From contig VXWI01000011.1 of NCBI GenBank assembly GCA_009835985.1, positions 11,483 through 75,482 of the forward strand: DNA of 64,000 bases. The letters run 5' to 3'. This document shows, one piece after another, positions 35,988-44,672 of the stretch (position 1 is its first letter; each line of letters opens with the position of its first letter). Source of the DNA: Acidobacteriota bacterium (GTDB taxonomy: Bacteria > Acidobacteriota > Vicinamibacteria > Marinacidobacterales > Marinacidobacteraceae). A program made the position numbers and the translations under genes. Below the pieces are notes generated by a model. The model was not told the origin of the DNA. It saw nothing but the letters and a program-made list of their open reading frames with translations, and made no database searches.

Positions 35988-38900
35988 ATGCGTGCGAAGC
36001 GCACTGCCTGGATCGTGGGGCCGCTCGCGGCGCTCACCCTGCTCTACTCCGCCCCGGCGGGGCGGGCGCAGCAGGAACAGTCCCTCGCCGGACTCGAGGA
36101 CGTCTTTGCCCCCGGGGTATTCCTCGAGGACCGGAACGGTGACGGCGTGGTGGACTTCATCAACACCCGGATCGTGCTCCCGGCCGATCCGGCGCCCGAG
36201 GAGGTGGCTGCCGCCGCCAACATCGCGGGCCGGCTCGGTTTCGAGTCCTCCGCCTTCACTCCGGGTCTGGCGGTCCTCGACTCGGACATCGCCCCCGGGG
36301 CGGAGTCTCCGCCGCTCTTCCTGGTGGGCCGGTCGAACCGCTGGGTCCGGCAGCTCGAGGAGCAGGGCCGGATTCGACTGGACGCTCTGACCGCAGGCCA
36401 GGGTCTCTTCGCCATCGTCGCTTCCCCGTTCGGCGGTGCTGACGCGGTGGTGGTGGCCGGCGCCGACCCGGCCGGGACCCTCTACGCCGCGAACGCGGCG
36501 TCCGCCCGGCTGCCCTACCTCTGGCAGCTCCGGAGCGACACGATCTCCTCGGTGATGGACGACGTCGAGGAGTTCCTCGGCGAGAGCCGGGTGGACGTGA
36601 ACGGGGTCCGGGCCACCGAGGCGGTCTACGAGGACGGCCGGGAGCAGGTGAGCCGCCTCGTCATGGCGCTCGACGTGGTGGATCCGGGGAACGCCGCCGA
36701 GGTGCTCGACGAGCTCGCCGCCGACCACCGGGTGGGACAGGCGCGGTTCACCGACCGGCGGGCGGTGCGGCTCAACTACTACGGCGCGGGCGCCCTCGAC
36801 TTCCAGCTTCCGGACGGCAACGGAGTGGTGGTGGACCGGTTCGGGCCGCCCTACAAGAGCCGCTTCCCGGAAAACCCGTGGCAGCCGAAGGCCGCGCCAC
36901 TGAACCTGACGAAGCTCTACACGACGGATGGCCTCCTCGGCGACTCGCGCGGCGACGACATGATCCCGGACGAGTCGGAGACGGTGCTCGTGATCAGCGC
37001 CGGGGCCGGCCCGGTGCTGGGCGCGGTGGATCTCGCCGCCCGCATCGGGCTCGAGACCACCGGCCTGACGCTCCCGATCGCCTTTGTGGAGGGGGACATC
37101 GAGGATCCCTCGGTGCTGCCGAACCCCGTGCTGATCGGCCCCGGCGACCTGGTGGCGTCGCTTCCGGCCGGCAGGGCGCTCGACCCCGGCGAGGGAGTCG
37201 TGGAGATCGTTCCCGGCGCTTTCGGAGACTCCCCGGCGGTGCGTGTCCGGGGCGGTGACGCCCCCGGGCTCGACGCCGCGGCGTCCTACCTCGCGGGTCG
37301 GTTGCCCTCGCTCTGGGAGACCCGCCGCGGCGAAGTGGACTTCACCGCCATCGAAGAGGACGCGCGGGCCTTCCTGCGCTCGCGATCGAGCGCCGGCCAG
37401 GCGGCGCGGGCGCTCGTTCACCTCGACGACCTGACCGAACTGTGGTCCGGCGGCGACGTCACCTCGCTGGAGGTGGAGGTCTTCCTCGAGGAAGCGAGCG
37501 CGGAAGTGGGAGCCTTCCTCGAGGCGCGGCTGCGGGAGGCGACGGGTGTCCCGGAAGTCTCGGTCACCGCGGCTTCACGCTACGGACCGGTCACCGTCTT
37601 CGACGAGGAGCTCGACCTGGGCTGGGAGGTGGACGAGCTGCGGGAGCGGTTCGCCGCCGATGTCGTGTCGCGGGTCGGCGCCGGCGACCGGGTGGAGGTC
37701 GAGATCCTGGTCAGCGAGCCGCCGGATCTGCGCATGCGGCTACAGGAGGAGTTCGAGGCCGCGCTGCGGGATGCCGGGGCCGCGGAGACCCGGGTGCGCG
37801 TCATCTGCGCCTACAAGCAGGGGTTCAGTTGGCTCGCCGACTACGTGCTCCCGGCGGTTCGCGAGCGAGGCGTCGGCCGGATCACGGTCCGGTTCCCGAC
37901 CGCGCACTATCCGGCGAACGAGCGCTGGTACGGGCAGGACATCCGCTGGCTCCAGGAGATCTTCCCGATCGACTGGATCCTCGCGCGCGAACTGGACATC
38001 GACGTCGACGACACCGAGTTCGTGAAGGTGGACGAGGGGCCGGTCGAGTACGCGGTGGAGGTCACGGACGACGTGGGACGGGTGCTGCACACGGACCGCT
38101 TCGCCCCGCGCTTCACGACGCGCGAGTACTTCCCCCACGTCCCGACGGCGAAGATCCACTACACGACGGGCGGGCTCCGGGCGACCGTGAACGGCGAGGA
38201 GGTGGCCGACGTCCACGTCCGCACCGACCCGGAACGGCTCTGGGACTACTACCAGTTCGACGCGCAGCCACGGATGTTCGACTACGCCCGGGAGTACACC
38301 CGCGGGGACCTGAGCCTGAAGAACCAGCCCTTCTTCCGGGACTTCTTCTGGGACATCAAGATGAGCGAGCCGGACTTCCTGCTGGACCTCGACGAGGAAC
38401 GGATCTCCTCGATGGACTCGCTCCACGAGGACCTCACCTTCAACACGATCGATTTCTGGGGCATCTTCAGCGGCCAGGAGTCGGGCAGTCGGGCGGTCGC
38501 TCCCGGACGGCTCATGCCCATGATCCATCCGACGCGGGAGGGCCCGCCCGAGGTGCGCGTCACCTTCCTCGGGAACGCGGTGCCGCACCCCGAGATCGCG
38601 ATGAAGTGGACCACCCGGGCCGGCGCGACCGTCGAGCGGCGGATCGGTCTGACGGAACTGGACGTCTCGGCCCCCCGCGTCACCTCGGTGACGGTGCGGG
38701 CGGGCGCCGCAGGCGCGGCGCGGCTTACCGCGAGCGTGGATTCCGGGGACTTCGAGACCGCCCGGATCGTGGGACGGATGGTCGAGGGGCTTGGTGCGAT
38801 GCAGGCCGCGGGGGGGCTCCGGACGGCGCTCGGCTACGCCCGGCTTGACCAGCTCGTCGTCGCGGCCCGAATCGGGAACGCGGTGATCGAGGAGGGGCTG

Positions 38901-40148
38901 CGGCCGGTGGACGCCGCGCTCCTGCCGCAGCCCGGCGCCTTCGAGACCATCGAGCCGACGCCCGGCGAGCGGTTCGTCACCTGGGACCACGTGATCGGCC
39001 CCGATGAGCTCGAGCACGAGCTGATCCCGCGCCTCCAGACGTTCCCCGAGTTCAACGCCTACATCGCGGGACGCACCTACCGGGGCCGCAACGTCTGGGC
39101 GATGGACGTGATGCTGCCGCACGAGGCGGAACTGTTCTCCCAGGCGAAGATGAGCGCCCTCAAGCCCGTTCTCTTCATCACCACCCGCCAGCACTCGAAC
39201 GAGGTTTCCGCGACCAGCGGGGTGATGCGCTTCATGGAGCTGCTGGGCACCGATCCCGACTACCGGAAGTACCTGGAGCGGATCAACATCGTCTACCACC
39301 CGATCGAGAACCCGGACGGCGCCGCGAACCACTACGAGTTCCACAAGCTCCGGCCCACCTTCATCCTGCACGGCGGTTACTGGAGTTCGGTGGCGCGGGA
39401 CGTCAGCGCCTACATCTGGGACGACGATCCACTGCTGCCGGAGGCGCTGGTGCGGCGCCAGCTCTACTACCGCTGGCTCCCGGACGTGTACATGAATCCC
39501 CACGGATATCCGAGCCACGAGTGGGTACACCAGTTCGCGGGTTACAAGGTGCCCTGGTTCCTCGCCTTCTGGATCCCCCGCGGCTACCACATCAACCTCC
39601 ATCACATCGACGACCCGAACTACCCCGACCACAAGCCGGTGGGCGCCGAGTTGCGGGAGCGGATCATCGAGGAGGTCCAGGGCATCGCCGATATCCGCGC
39701 CGCCAACGAGCGGCTGATCCATCGCTTCGAGAAGTACGCGCGGCGCTACCAGCCCGACCCGTTCCGGCTGGAGATCTACGACGGGATGAACATCCTGTTC
39801 GACCACTCCTACTCCTTCCAGGAAGGCGGCGCGTTCAGCGACGAGATCTACGTGAGCTCGATGTGGAAGCGGCCCGACCCGAACGGGAGCATGTTCATCG
39901 AGCGCTACCCGCAGATCACCGTGCTCGACCTCGGCTGCGACATGCCGGACGAGACCGCCGGTCCCGAGTGGATGGACAAGATCGCCGCCCGCGGCCAGTT
40001 CGGCTACCTGATGTCGGTGGTGAAGCTCATGTACGAGAGCGACTGGGAGGTCCAGCGCTTCGAGGAGGACTTCATCGACGGCGTGCGGCTGTCGCTCTTC
40101 CGGCCGCGGCCGGTCAAGGCAGCGCGGCGCGCGCAGTTCGCGAACTAG
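35988..40148 (+). CDS. Large secreted protein with C-terminal M14 zinc-carboxypeptidase-like domain
   Basis: 1386-aa ORF with a signal peptide (MRAKRTAWIVGPLAALTLLYSAPAGRAQ). The C-terminal region carries HSNEVSATSG (HxxE zinc site) and NIVYHPIENPDG (NPDG), typical of the M14 family. The N-terminal ~1000 aa are unassigned. Confidence 0.7.
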   Translation: MRAKRTAWIVGPLAALTLLYSAPAGRAQQEQSLAGLEDVFAPGVFLEDRNGDGVVDFINTRIVLPADPAPEEVAAAANIAGRLGFESSAFTPGLAVLDSDIAPGAESPPLFLVGRSNRWVRQLEEQGRIRLDALTAGQGLFAIVASPFGGADAVVVAGADPAGTLYAANAASARLPYLWQLRSDTISSVMDDVEEFLGESRVDVNGVRATEAVYEDGREQVSRLVMALDVVDPGNAAEVLDELAADHRVGQARFTDRRAVRLNYYGAGALDFQLPDGNGVVVDRFGPPYKSRFPENPWQPKAAPLNLTKLYTTDGLLGDSRGDDMIPDESETVLVISAGAGPVLGAVDLAARIGLETTGLTLPIAFVEGDIEDPSVLPNPVLIGPGDLVASLPAGRALDPGEGVVEIVPGAFGDSPAVRVRGGDAPGLDAAASYLAGRLPSLWETRRGEVDFTAIEEDARAFLRSRSSAGQAARALVHLDDLTELWSGGDVTSLEVEVFLEEASAEVGAFLEARLREATGVPEVSVTAASRYGPVTVFDEELDLGWEVDELRERFAADVVSRVGAGDRVEVEILVSEPPDLRMRLQEEFEAALRDAGAAETRVRVICAYKQGFSWLADYVLPAVRERGVGRITVRFPTAHYPANERWYGQDIRWLQEIFPIDWILARELDIDVDDTEFVKVDEGPVEYAVEVTDDVGRVLHTDRFAPRFTTREYFPHVPTAKIHYTTGGLRATVNGEEVADVHVRTDPERLWDYYQFDAQPRMFDYAREYTRGDLSLKNQPFFRDFFWDIKMSEPDFLLDLDEERISSMDSLHEDLTFNTIDFWGIFSGQESGSRAVAPGRLMPMIHPTREGPPEVRVTFLGNAVPHPEIAMKWTTRAGATVERRIGLTELDVSAPRVTSVTVRAGAAGAARLTASVDSGDFETARIVGRMVEGLGAMQAAGGLRTALGYARLDQLVVAARIGNAVIEEGLRPVDAALLPQPGAFETIEPTPGERFVTWDHVIGPDELEHELIPRLQTFPEFNAYIAGRTYRGRNVWAMDVMLPHEAELFSQAKMSALKPVLFITTRQHSNEVSATSGVMRFMELLGTDPDYRKYLERINIVYHPIENPDGAANHYEFHKLRPTFILHGGYWSSVARDVSAYIWDDDPLLPEALVRRQLYYRWLPDVYMNPHGYPSHEWVHQFAGYKVPWFLAFWIPRGYHINLHHIDDPNYPDHKPVGAELRERIIEEVQGIADIRAANERLIHRFEKYARRYQPDPFRLEIYDGMNILFDHSYSFQEGGAFSDEIYVSSMWKRPDPNGSMFIERYPQITVLDLGCDMPDETAGPEWMDKIAARGQFGYLMSVVKLMYESDWEVQRFEEDFIDGVRLSLFRPRPVKAARRAQFAN

Positions 40149-40179
40149 AGGACGGCACCATCGTCTTCCGACCGGAGGA

Positions 40180-41622
40180 ATGACCATGCGGGTATTGGCC
40201 CTGTTCTTCGTCCTGCTCCTCAGCGCGGCCCCGGCGGTCGCCCAGGAGAGCCCCGACTCGCCGGTGCAGGCGGGCATCACCCTGCTGGACACCTGGATCC
40301 AGACGCAGATGGAGTTCGGCGGTCTGCCGGGGTTGGTGATCGGGATCGTCCACGACCAGGAACCGGTGTGGGTGAAGGCCTACGGCCACGCCTCGCTGGA
40401 TCCCCCGGTTCCGATGAGCGCGGACTCCATCTTCCGGATCGCCTCCCACTCGAAGCTCTTCACCGCGATCACGGTGTTGCGGGCCCGCGACGCCGGAAGA
40501 CTCCGCCTCGACGACCCGGTCACCGAGCACCTGCCGTGGTTCGACATCCGGAACCGGCATCCGGAGGCGCGGCCGGTCACCGTCCGCCACCTGCTGACGC
40601 ACACCGCGGGGCTGCCGCGCGAGTCCATCCACCCGGCCTGGACCGACTTCGAGTTCCCGGAAGTGGAGGCCCTGCGGGACACGGTCTCGGATCAGGAGAC
40701 CACCTACGGCACCGAGACCAAGTGGAAGTACTCGAACCTCGGGTTCACCCTCGCCGGCATGGTGGCCGAAGCCGCCGCCGGCGACTCCTTCGCCGACCTC
40801 CTGACCGATGGGATCCTGAAGCCGCTGGGGATGGACTCGACCAGCGTCGGCCCGGTCCCCGCGGACCAGCGCGACCGGCTCGCGACGGGTTACGGCCGCC
40901 GGATGCCCGATGGCCCCCGCGAGGTCTTCCCCTTCGTGGATGCCCGGTCGTTCGACCCGGCGACCGGCCTCTCCTCCACGGTCCCCGACATGCTCCGCTT
41001 CCTCTCCTGGCAGATGCGGGTCCGCGACCGCCGCAGCGAGGAGGTCCTCGCCAGCAACACCCTGCTCGAGATGCAGCGGGTCCACTGGCTCCATACGTCG
41101 TGGAACAGCGGTTGGGGCCTCGGCTTCTCGGTGCGCCACACCGAAGACCGCGACCTGGTCGGCCACGGCGGCGGGTATCCCGGCTACCGCACCCAGACGC
41201 AGCTCAGCCCGGAGGAGAAGATCGGCGTCGTCGTCTTCACGAACGGTGGTGACGGCAATCCCGGCCGGTACCTCGACAAGGCCTTCGAATGGGTTGCCCC
41301 CGCGCTTGCCGCCGCCCGCACCGAAAAGGAGAAACCGGCGGTCTGGTCCTCCGACTGGGACATCTACCTCGGGACCTACCGGAGGCGCAGCGGGGACACC
41401 GCCGTGCTCCGCCAGGAGAACGACCTGGTGGTCCTGTCACCCCTCTCCGAGGATCCGAGCGGTTCGCAGGGAGTGTTGCGGCCGACCGACACGCCTCACG
41501 TCTTCCGGCTGGAGAGCGACGGCTACGGCGCTCACGGGGAGCTCGTGCGTTTCGAGGTGAACGACGCGGGCGAGGTCACCCGGATCTTCGTCGGGGTGAA
41601 CTACTCCCGCCGGGTGCGGTAG
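40180..41622 (+). CDS. Beta-lactamase-family serine hydrolase (class C beta-lactamase/DD-peptidase-related), secreted
   Basis: 480-aa ORF with a signal peptide. The SxxK motif is IASHSKLFTA and the YxN-like motif is KYSNLG. Confidence 0.85.
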   Translation: MTMRVLALFFVLLLSAAPAVAQESPDSPVQAGITLLDTWIQTQMEFGGLPGLVIGIVHDQEPVWVKAYGHASLDPPVPMSADSIFRIASHSKLFTAITVLRARDAGRLRLDDPVTEHLPWFDIRNRHPEARPVTVRHLLTHTAGLPRESIHPAWTDFEFPEVEALRDTVSDQETTYGTETKWKYSNLGFTLAGMVAEAAAGDSFADLLTDGILKPLGMDSTSVGPVPADQRDRLATGYGRRMPDGPREVFPFVDARSFDPATGLSSTVPDMLRFLSWQMRVRDRRSEEVLASNTLLEMQRVHWLHTSWNSGWGLGFSVRHTEDRDLVGHGGGYPGYRTQTQLSPEEKIGVVVFTNGGDGNPGRYLDKAFEWVAPALAAARTEKEKPAVWSSDWDIYLGTYRRRSGDTAVLRQENDLVVLSPLSEDPSGSQGVLRPTDTPHVFRLESDGYGAHGELVRFEVNDAGEVTRIFVGVNYSRRVR

Positions 41623-41734
41623 GGCGAGGCCCTCGCGATCGGGCCGGCGCCACGGCGGTACGGCCCGCCCGACGACATGACAAGAGGTTGTCCGATTCAA
41701 CCATGCAAATCAAGCATTACGATAAGCTATCTGC

Positions 41735-42910
41735 ATGGATTACGTGCCGCGCCGCCTGACCGGCGAGATCGAGGCGGAGCTTCGCCGACAGGCGGCCGTG
41801 GCGCTGCTGGGGCCGCGCCAGTCAGGGAAGACGACTCTCGCGCGCCGGATTGCCGAGGGCCGCGACGCCGTGTATCTGGATCTCGAGCTGACCGAGGACC
41901 GCCGGCGCCTGGAGGACGTGGCCGGTTTCGTCGGCGCCCACGAAGATCGCCTCGTGGTGCTCGACGAGATTCACCGGACGCCCGAGCTGTTTCCCGAGCT
42001 GCGCGGCCACATTGACGAGGGGCGGCGGAAAGGAAAGGGAACCGGGCGGTTCCTGGTGTTGGGGTCGGCCTCCGCCTCGCTGCTCCGACAGTCGGAGAGC
42101 CTGGCCGGTCGGATCGCGTACGTCGATCTCGGCCCGCTCGACGTGCTCGAGGTCGGTTCCGATGCGGAAGCCGTGACGCGACTTTGGGTGCGGGGCGGGT
42201 TGCCACCCAGCTTCCTCGCGGGAAGCGATGAGGAGAGCCTGCGGTTTCGGCGGGACCTGATCCGCGCCTATCTCGAGCGCGATTTCCTCCAGTTCCGGCC
42301 GCGGGCGCCGGCGCTGCTGCTGGAGCGGCTGTGGATCATGCTGGCGCACAGTCAGGGCGGAACGCTGAATCTGGCGCGGCTGGCGGGCAGCCTGATGCTG
42401 AGCACGAAAACGGTCAACGCCTACCTTGACCTCCTCGAGGGGATGCTGCTCCTGCGGCGGCTTCGACCGCGGCACGCGAACGTGAAAAAGCGGCTGGTGA
42501 GGACACCGAAGGTCTACATCCGGGACAGCGGACTGACGCACGCCCTGCTCGGGCTTGGCGACTTCCACGCTCTGGCGGCCCACCCGGTCGTCGGGACGAG
42601 CTGGGAGGGTTTCGTCATCGAGACGCTGCTGACCACGGCGCCGTGGATGACGCTGCCCTCTTACTACCGGACCTCCAACGGTGCGGAGGTGGATCTGGTC
42701 CTCGATCTGCCCGGACGCCGCGATCCGTGGGCCATCGAGATCAAGCGCGGCTCGGCTCCGAAGATCTCCCGCGGGTTCGGCAACGCTTGCGCCGACCTCG
42801 GAGCCGAGCGGGCGTTTGTCGTGCACGGCGGCGCGCACCGGTACCCCGTCGGGGACGGCGTGGAAGCGATCGGCCTGCCGGAGATGGCGGCATTGCTGAG
42901 GGACTGGTGA
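41735..42910 (+). CDS. AAA-family ATPase (AAA_14 plus DUF4143)
   Basis: 391-aa ORF with Walker A GPRQSGKTTL and Walker B LVVLDEIH. It is preceded by an AT-richer intergenic region. Confidence 0.85.
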   Translation: MDYVPRRLTGEIEAELRRQAAVALLGPRQSGKTTLARRIAEGRDAVYLDLELTEDRRRLEDVAGFVGAHEDRLVVLDEIHRTPELFPELRGHIDEGRRKGKGTGRFLVLGSASASLLRQSESLAGRIAYVDLGPLDVLEVGSDAEAVTRLWVRGGLPPSFLAGSDEESLRFRRDLIRAYLERDFLQFRPRAPALLLERLWIMLAHSQGGTLNLARLAGSLMLSTKTVNAYLDLLEGMLLLRRLRPRHANVKKRLVRTPKVYIRDSGLTHALLGLGDFHALAAHPVVGTSWEGFVIETLLTTAPWMTLPSYYRTSNGAEVDLVLDLPGRRDPWAIEIKRGSAPKISRGFGNACADLGAERAFVVHGGAHRYPVGDGVEAIGLPEMAALLRDW

Positions 42911-42916
42911 TTCGAC

Positions 42917-43498
42917 ATGGCTTCCAGACTCGACCGGTACTTCCAGCACACCAGGACCTGGCGGACGGAGAAGCAGCGGCTTCGGGCAATCCTGCTGGAC
43001 TTCCCGCTCACCGAAGAACTGAAGTGGCGGCAGCCCTGCTACGTGTTTGAGGGCGCGAACGTGGTCATCGTCGGCGGATTCAAGCAGACGGTGGACCTTG
43101 GCTTCTTCAAGGGCGCGTTGCTCGACAATCCCCATGGTCTGCTCGTTCCGCCGGGGCCGCACTCACAGGCGTCCCGTCAACTGCGGTTCACGAGCGTCGA
43201 GGAGATCGAGGAGAAGGAACCGATCATCAGGGCGACCATCGAAAACGCCATCGAGGTGGAACGGGCCGGCCTGAGGGTGGACTTCAAACAGAAGCACGAG
43301 TTGGAGCTGGTGGCGGAACTCCTCGCAAAGATGGAGGCGGCCCCCGAGTTCAAGGCCGCCTTCGAGGCGCTGACCCCGGGGCGGCAGCGGGGATACAACC
43401 TCTTCTTCGGCGCGGCGAAGCAATCGAAGACGCGGGCGGCCCGGATCGAGAAGCACGCGGCGCGCATCTTTGAGGGCAAGGGCATGCACGACCGGTAG
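42917..43498 (+). CDS. YdeI/OmpD-associated family (DUF1801-like) protein
   Basis: 193-aa ORF. The C-terminal AAFEALTPGRQRGYNLFFGAAKQSKTRAARIEK block is characteristic of the YdeI family. The assignment comes from recall. Confidence 0.55.
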   Translation: MASRLDRYFQHTRTWRTEKQRLRAILLDFPLTEELKWRQPCYVFEGANVVIVGGFKQTVDLGFFKGALLDNPHGLLVPPGPHSQASRQLRFTSVEEIEEKEPIIRATIENAIEVERAGLRVDFKQKHELELVAELLAKMEAAPEFKAAFEALTPGRQRGYNLFFGAAKQSKTRAARIEKHAARIFEGKGMHDR

Positions 43499-43509
43499 TC
43501 GGTCGGTCG

Positions 43510-43577
43510 GTCTTGCCCGAATGCGCGTTTTCGCCGCCCTTCGGGCGTCGATGCCGGCCGGAGGCCGGCGCTCCAAG
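43510..43577 (-). repeat. REP/MITE-like repeat copy (type A, reverse orientation)
   Basis: The reverse complement reads GGAGCGCCGGCCTCCGGCCGGCATCGACGCCCGAAGGGCGGCGAAAACGCGCATTCGGGC. It sits between the convergent YdeI-like and ERG4/24 genes. Confidence 0.6.
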
Positions 43578-43589
43578 CCTGGTGGTCCC

Positions 43590-44672
43590 TCAGTAAACGC
43601 GTGGAACGATGCGCCATGGCACCGCCGCGCGGTACTGCTCCCAGAGCGGACCGTACTTCGCGGCGCAGCGCCGGTCATCGTCGCGCTCCCGCGGGACGAG
43701 CAGCGCCAGGTAATAGAGCGGGTAGAGCCACGGGCCGAGCATTCCCGGCCGTCCCAGGGCGAGCGCCAGACCCACGGCCATCAGGATCTCGCCCAGATAG
43801 TTCACATGGCGTGAGAGGCCCCAGAAGCCGCTGACCAGCAACCGGCGTTCGCCATCCCCGAGGGCGCGCGGCCGGAGTGCCAGGAACGCCCGTTCGGGGT
43901 CGCGCTTGAAGTGGAACTTCTGGAGGTTCGCGCCGCGCGAGAGCGTCCAGCCGGCGAAGAAGAGGGTGGCGGAGGCGACCAGAAGCCACGCTGGCGCGTG
44001 CGGGTCGGGGAGGTCCGCCACCGACCAGAGGCCCACCGCATAGAAGTACGGATACCAGGCGAGGCATCCCCAGACCAGCTTGAACCCCAGGCGCTCGGCG
44101 AAGAGGTCGTAGGTGTAGAGATGGACGCGCTCGAAGACGAGGTAGTCGCACACGAACCAGGTGAAGAGCGCGACGTGGAGCGCGACGCCCGGGGAGGGGG
44201 CATCCGGGTGGGTGAGGACGTGGTGTGCCGCGAACGAGAGCAGGTTCAGCTCCAGCAGGACCGCGCCCGCCAGGTAGAGAAACATCTTGGCGTCGGCGCG
44301 GCCGCCGAACGGCTGCGGGTTGACCCGGCGGCCGAGATAGAGGTCCCGGAGCAGGTTGCCCCCGGCCCCGGGCGCGGTCAGCACCACCGCGGCGGAGACC
44401 AGGAGCCCGAGGGTCATGGCGCCCGCCGCGCCCGGCCAGCGGTGCTGCCAGAGCCAGTCCCACGGCATGACGCCGCTCCAGCCCGCGGCGAACCAGGCCC
44501 CGAGGGTGACGATGAACACCAGCGGGCCGTTGAGGCGATAGCGCAGTCGTTTGCCGCGCTTCCCGTCACGCACGTAACCCGCGACCCGGCGCGCCGGCAG
44601 CACGAGGTGCAGCGCGAAGATTCCGGCGAACACGGCCCAGGGCGCGAAGAACCCGATCAGCAGACCGGTCAT
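43590..44672 (-). CDS. ERG4/ERG24 family sterol-reductase homolog (membrane NADPH-dependent C=C reductase)
   Basis: 360-aa polytopic ORF. Both family signatures are present: GNLLRDLYLGRRVNPQ (sig 1-like) and LLVPRERDDDRRCAAKYGPLWEQY (sig 2), plus GFWGLSRHVNYLGE. Confidence 0.75.
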   Translation of the reverse strand: MTGLLIGFFAPWAVFAGIFALHLVLPARRVAGYVRDGKRGKRLRYRLNGPLVFIVTLGAWFAAGWSGVMPWDWLWQHRWPGAAGAMTLGLLVSAAVVLTAPGAGGNLLRDLYLGRRVNPQPFGGRADAKMFLYLAGAVLLELNLLSFAAHHVLTHPDAPSPGVALHVALFTWFVCDYLVFERVHLYTYDLFAERLGFKLVWGCLAWYPYFYAVGLWSVADLPDPHAPAWLLVASATLFFAGWTLSRGANLQKFHFKRDPERAFLALRPRALGDGERRLLVSGFWGLSRHVNYLGEILMAVGLALALGRPGMLGPWLYPLYYLALLVPRERDDDRRCAAKYGPLWEQYRAAVPWRIVPRVY

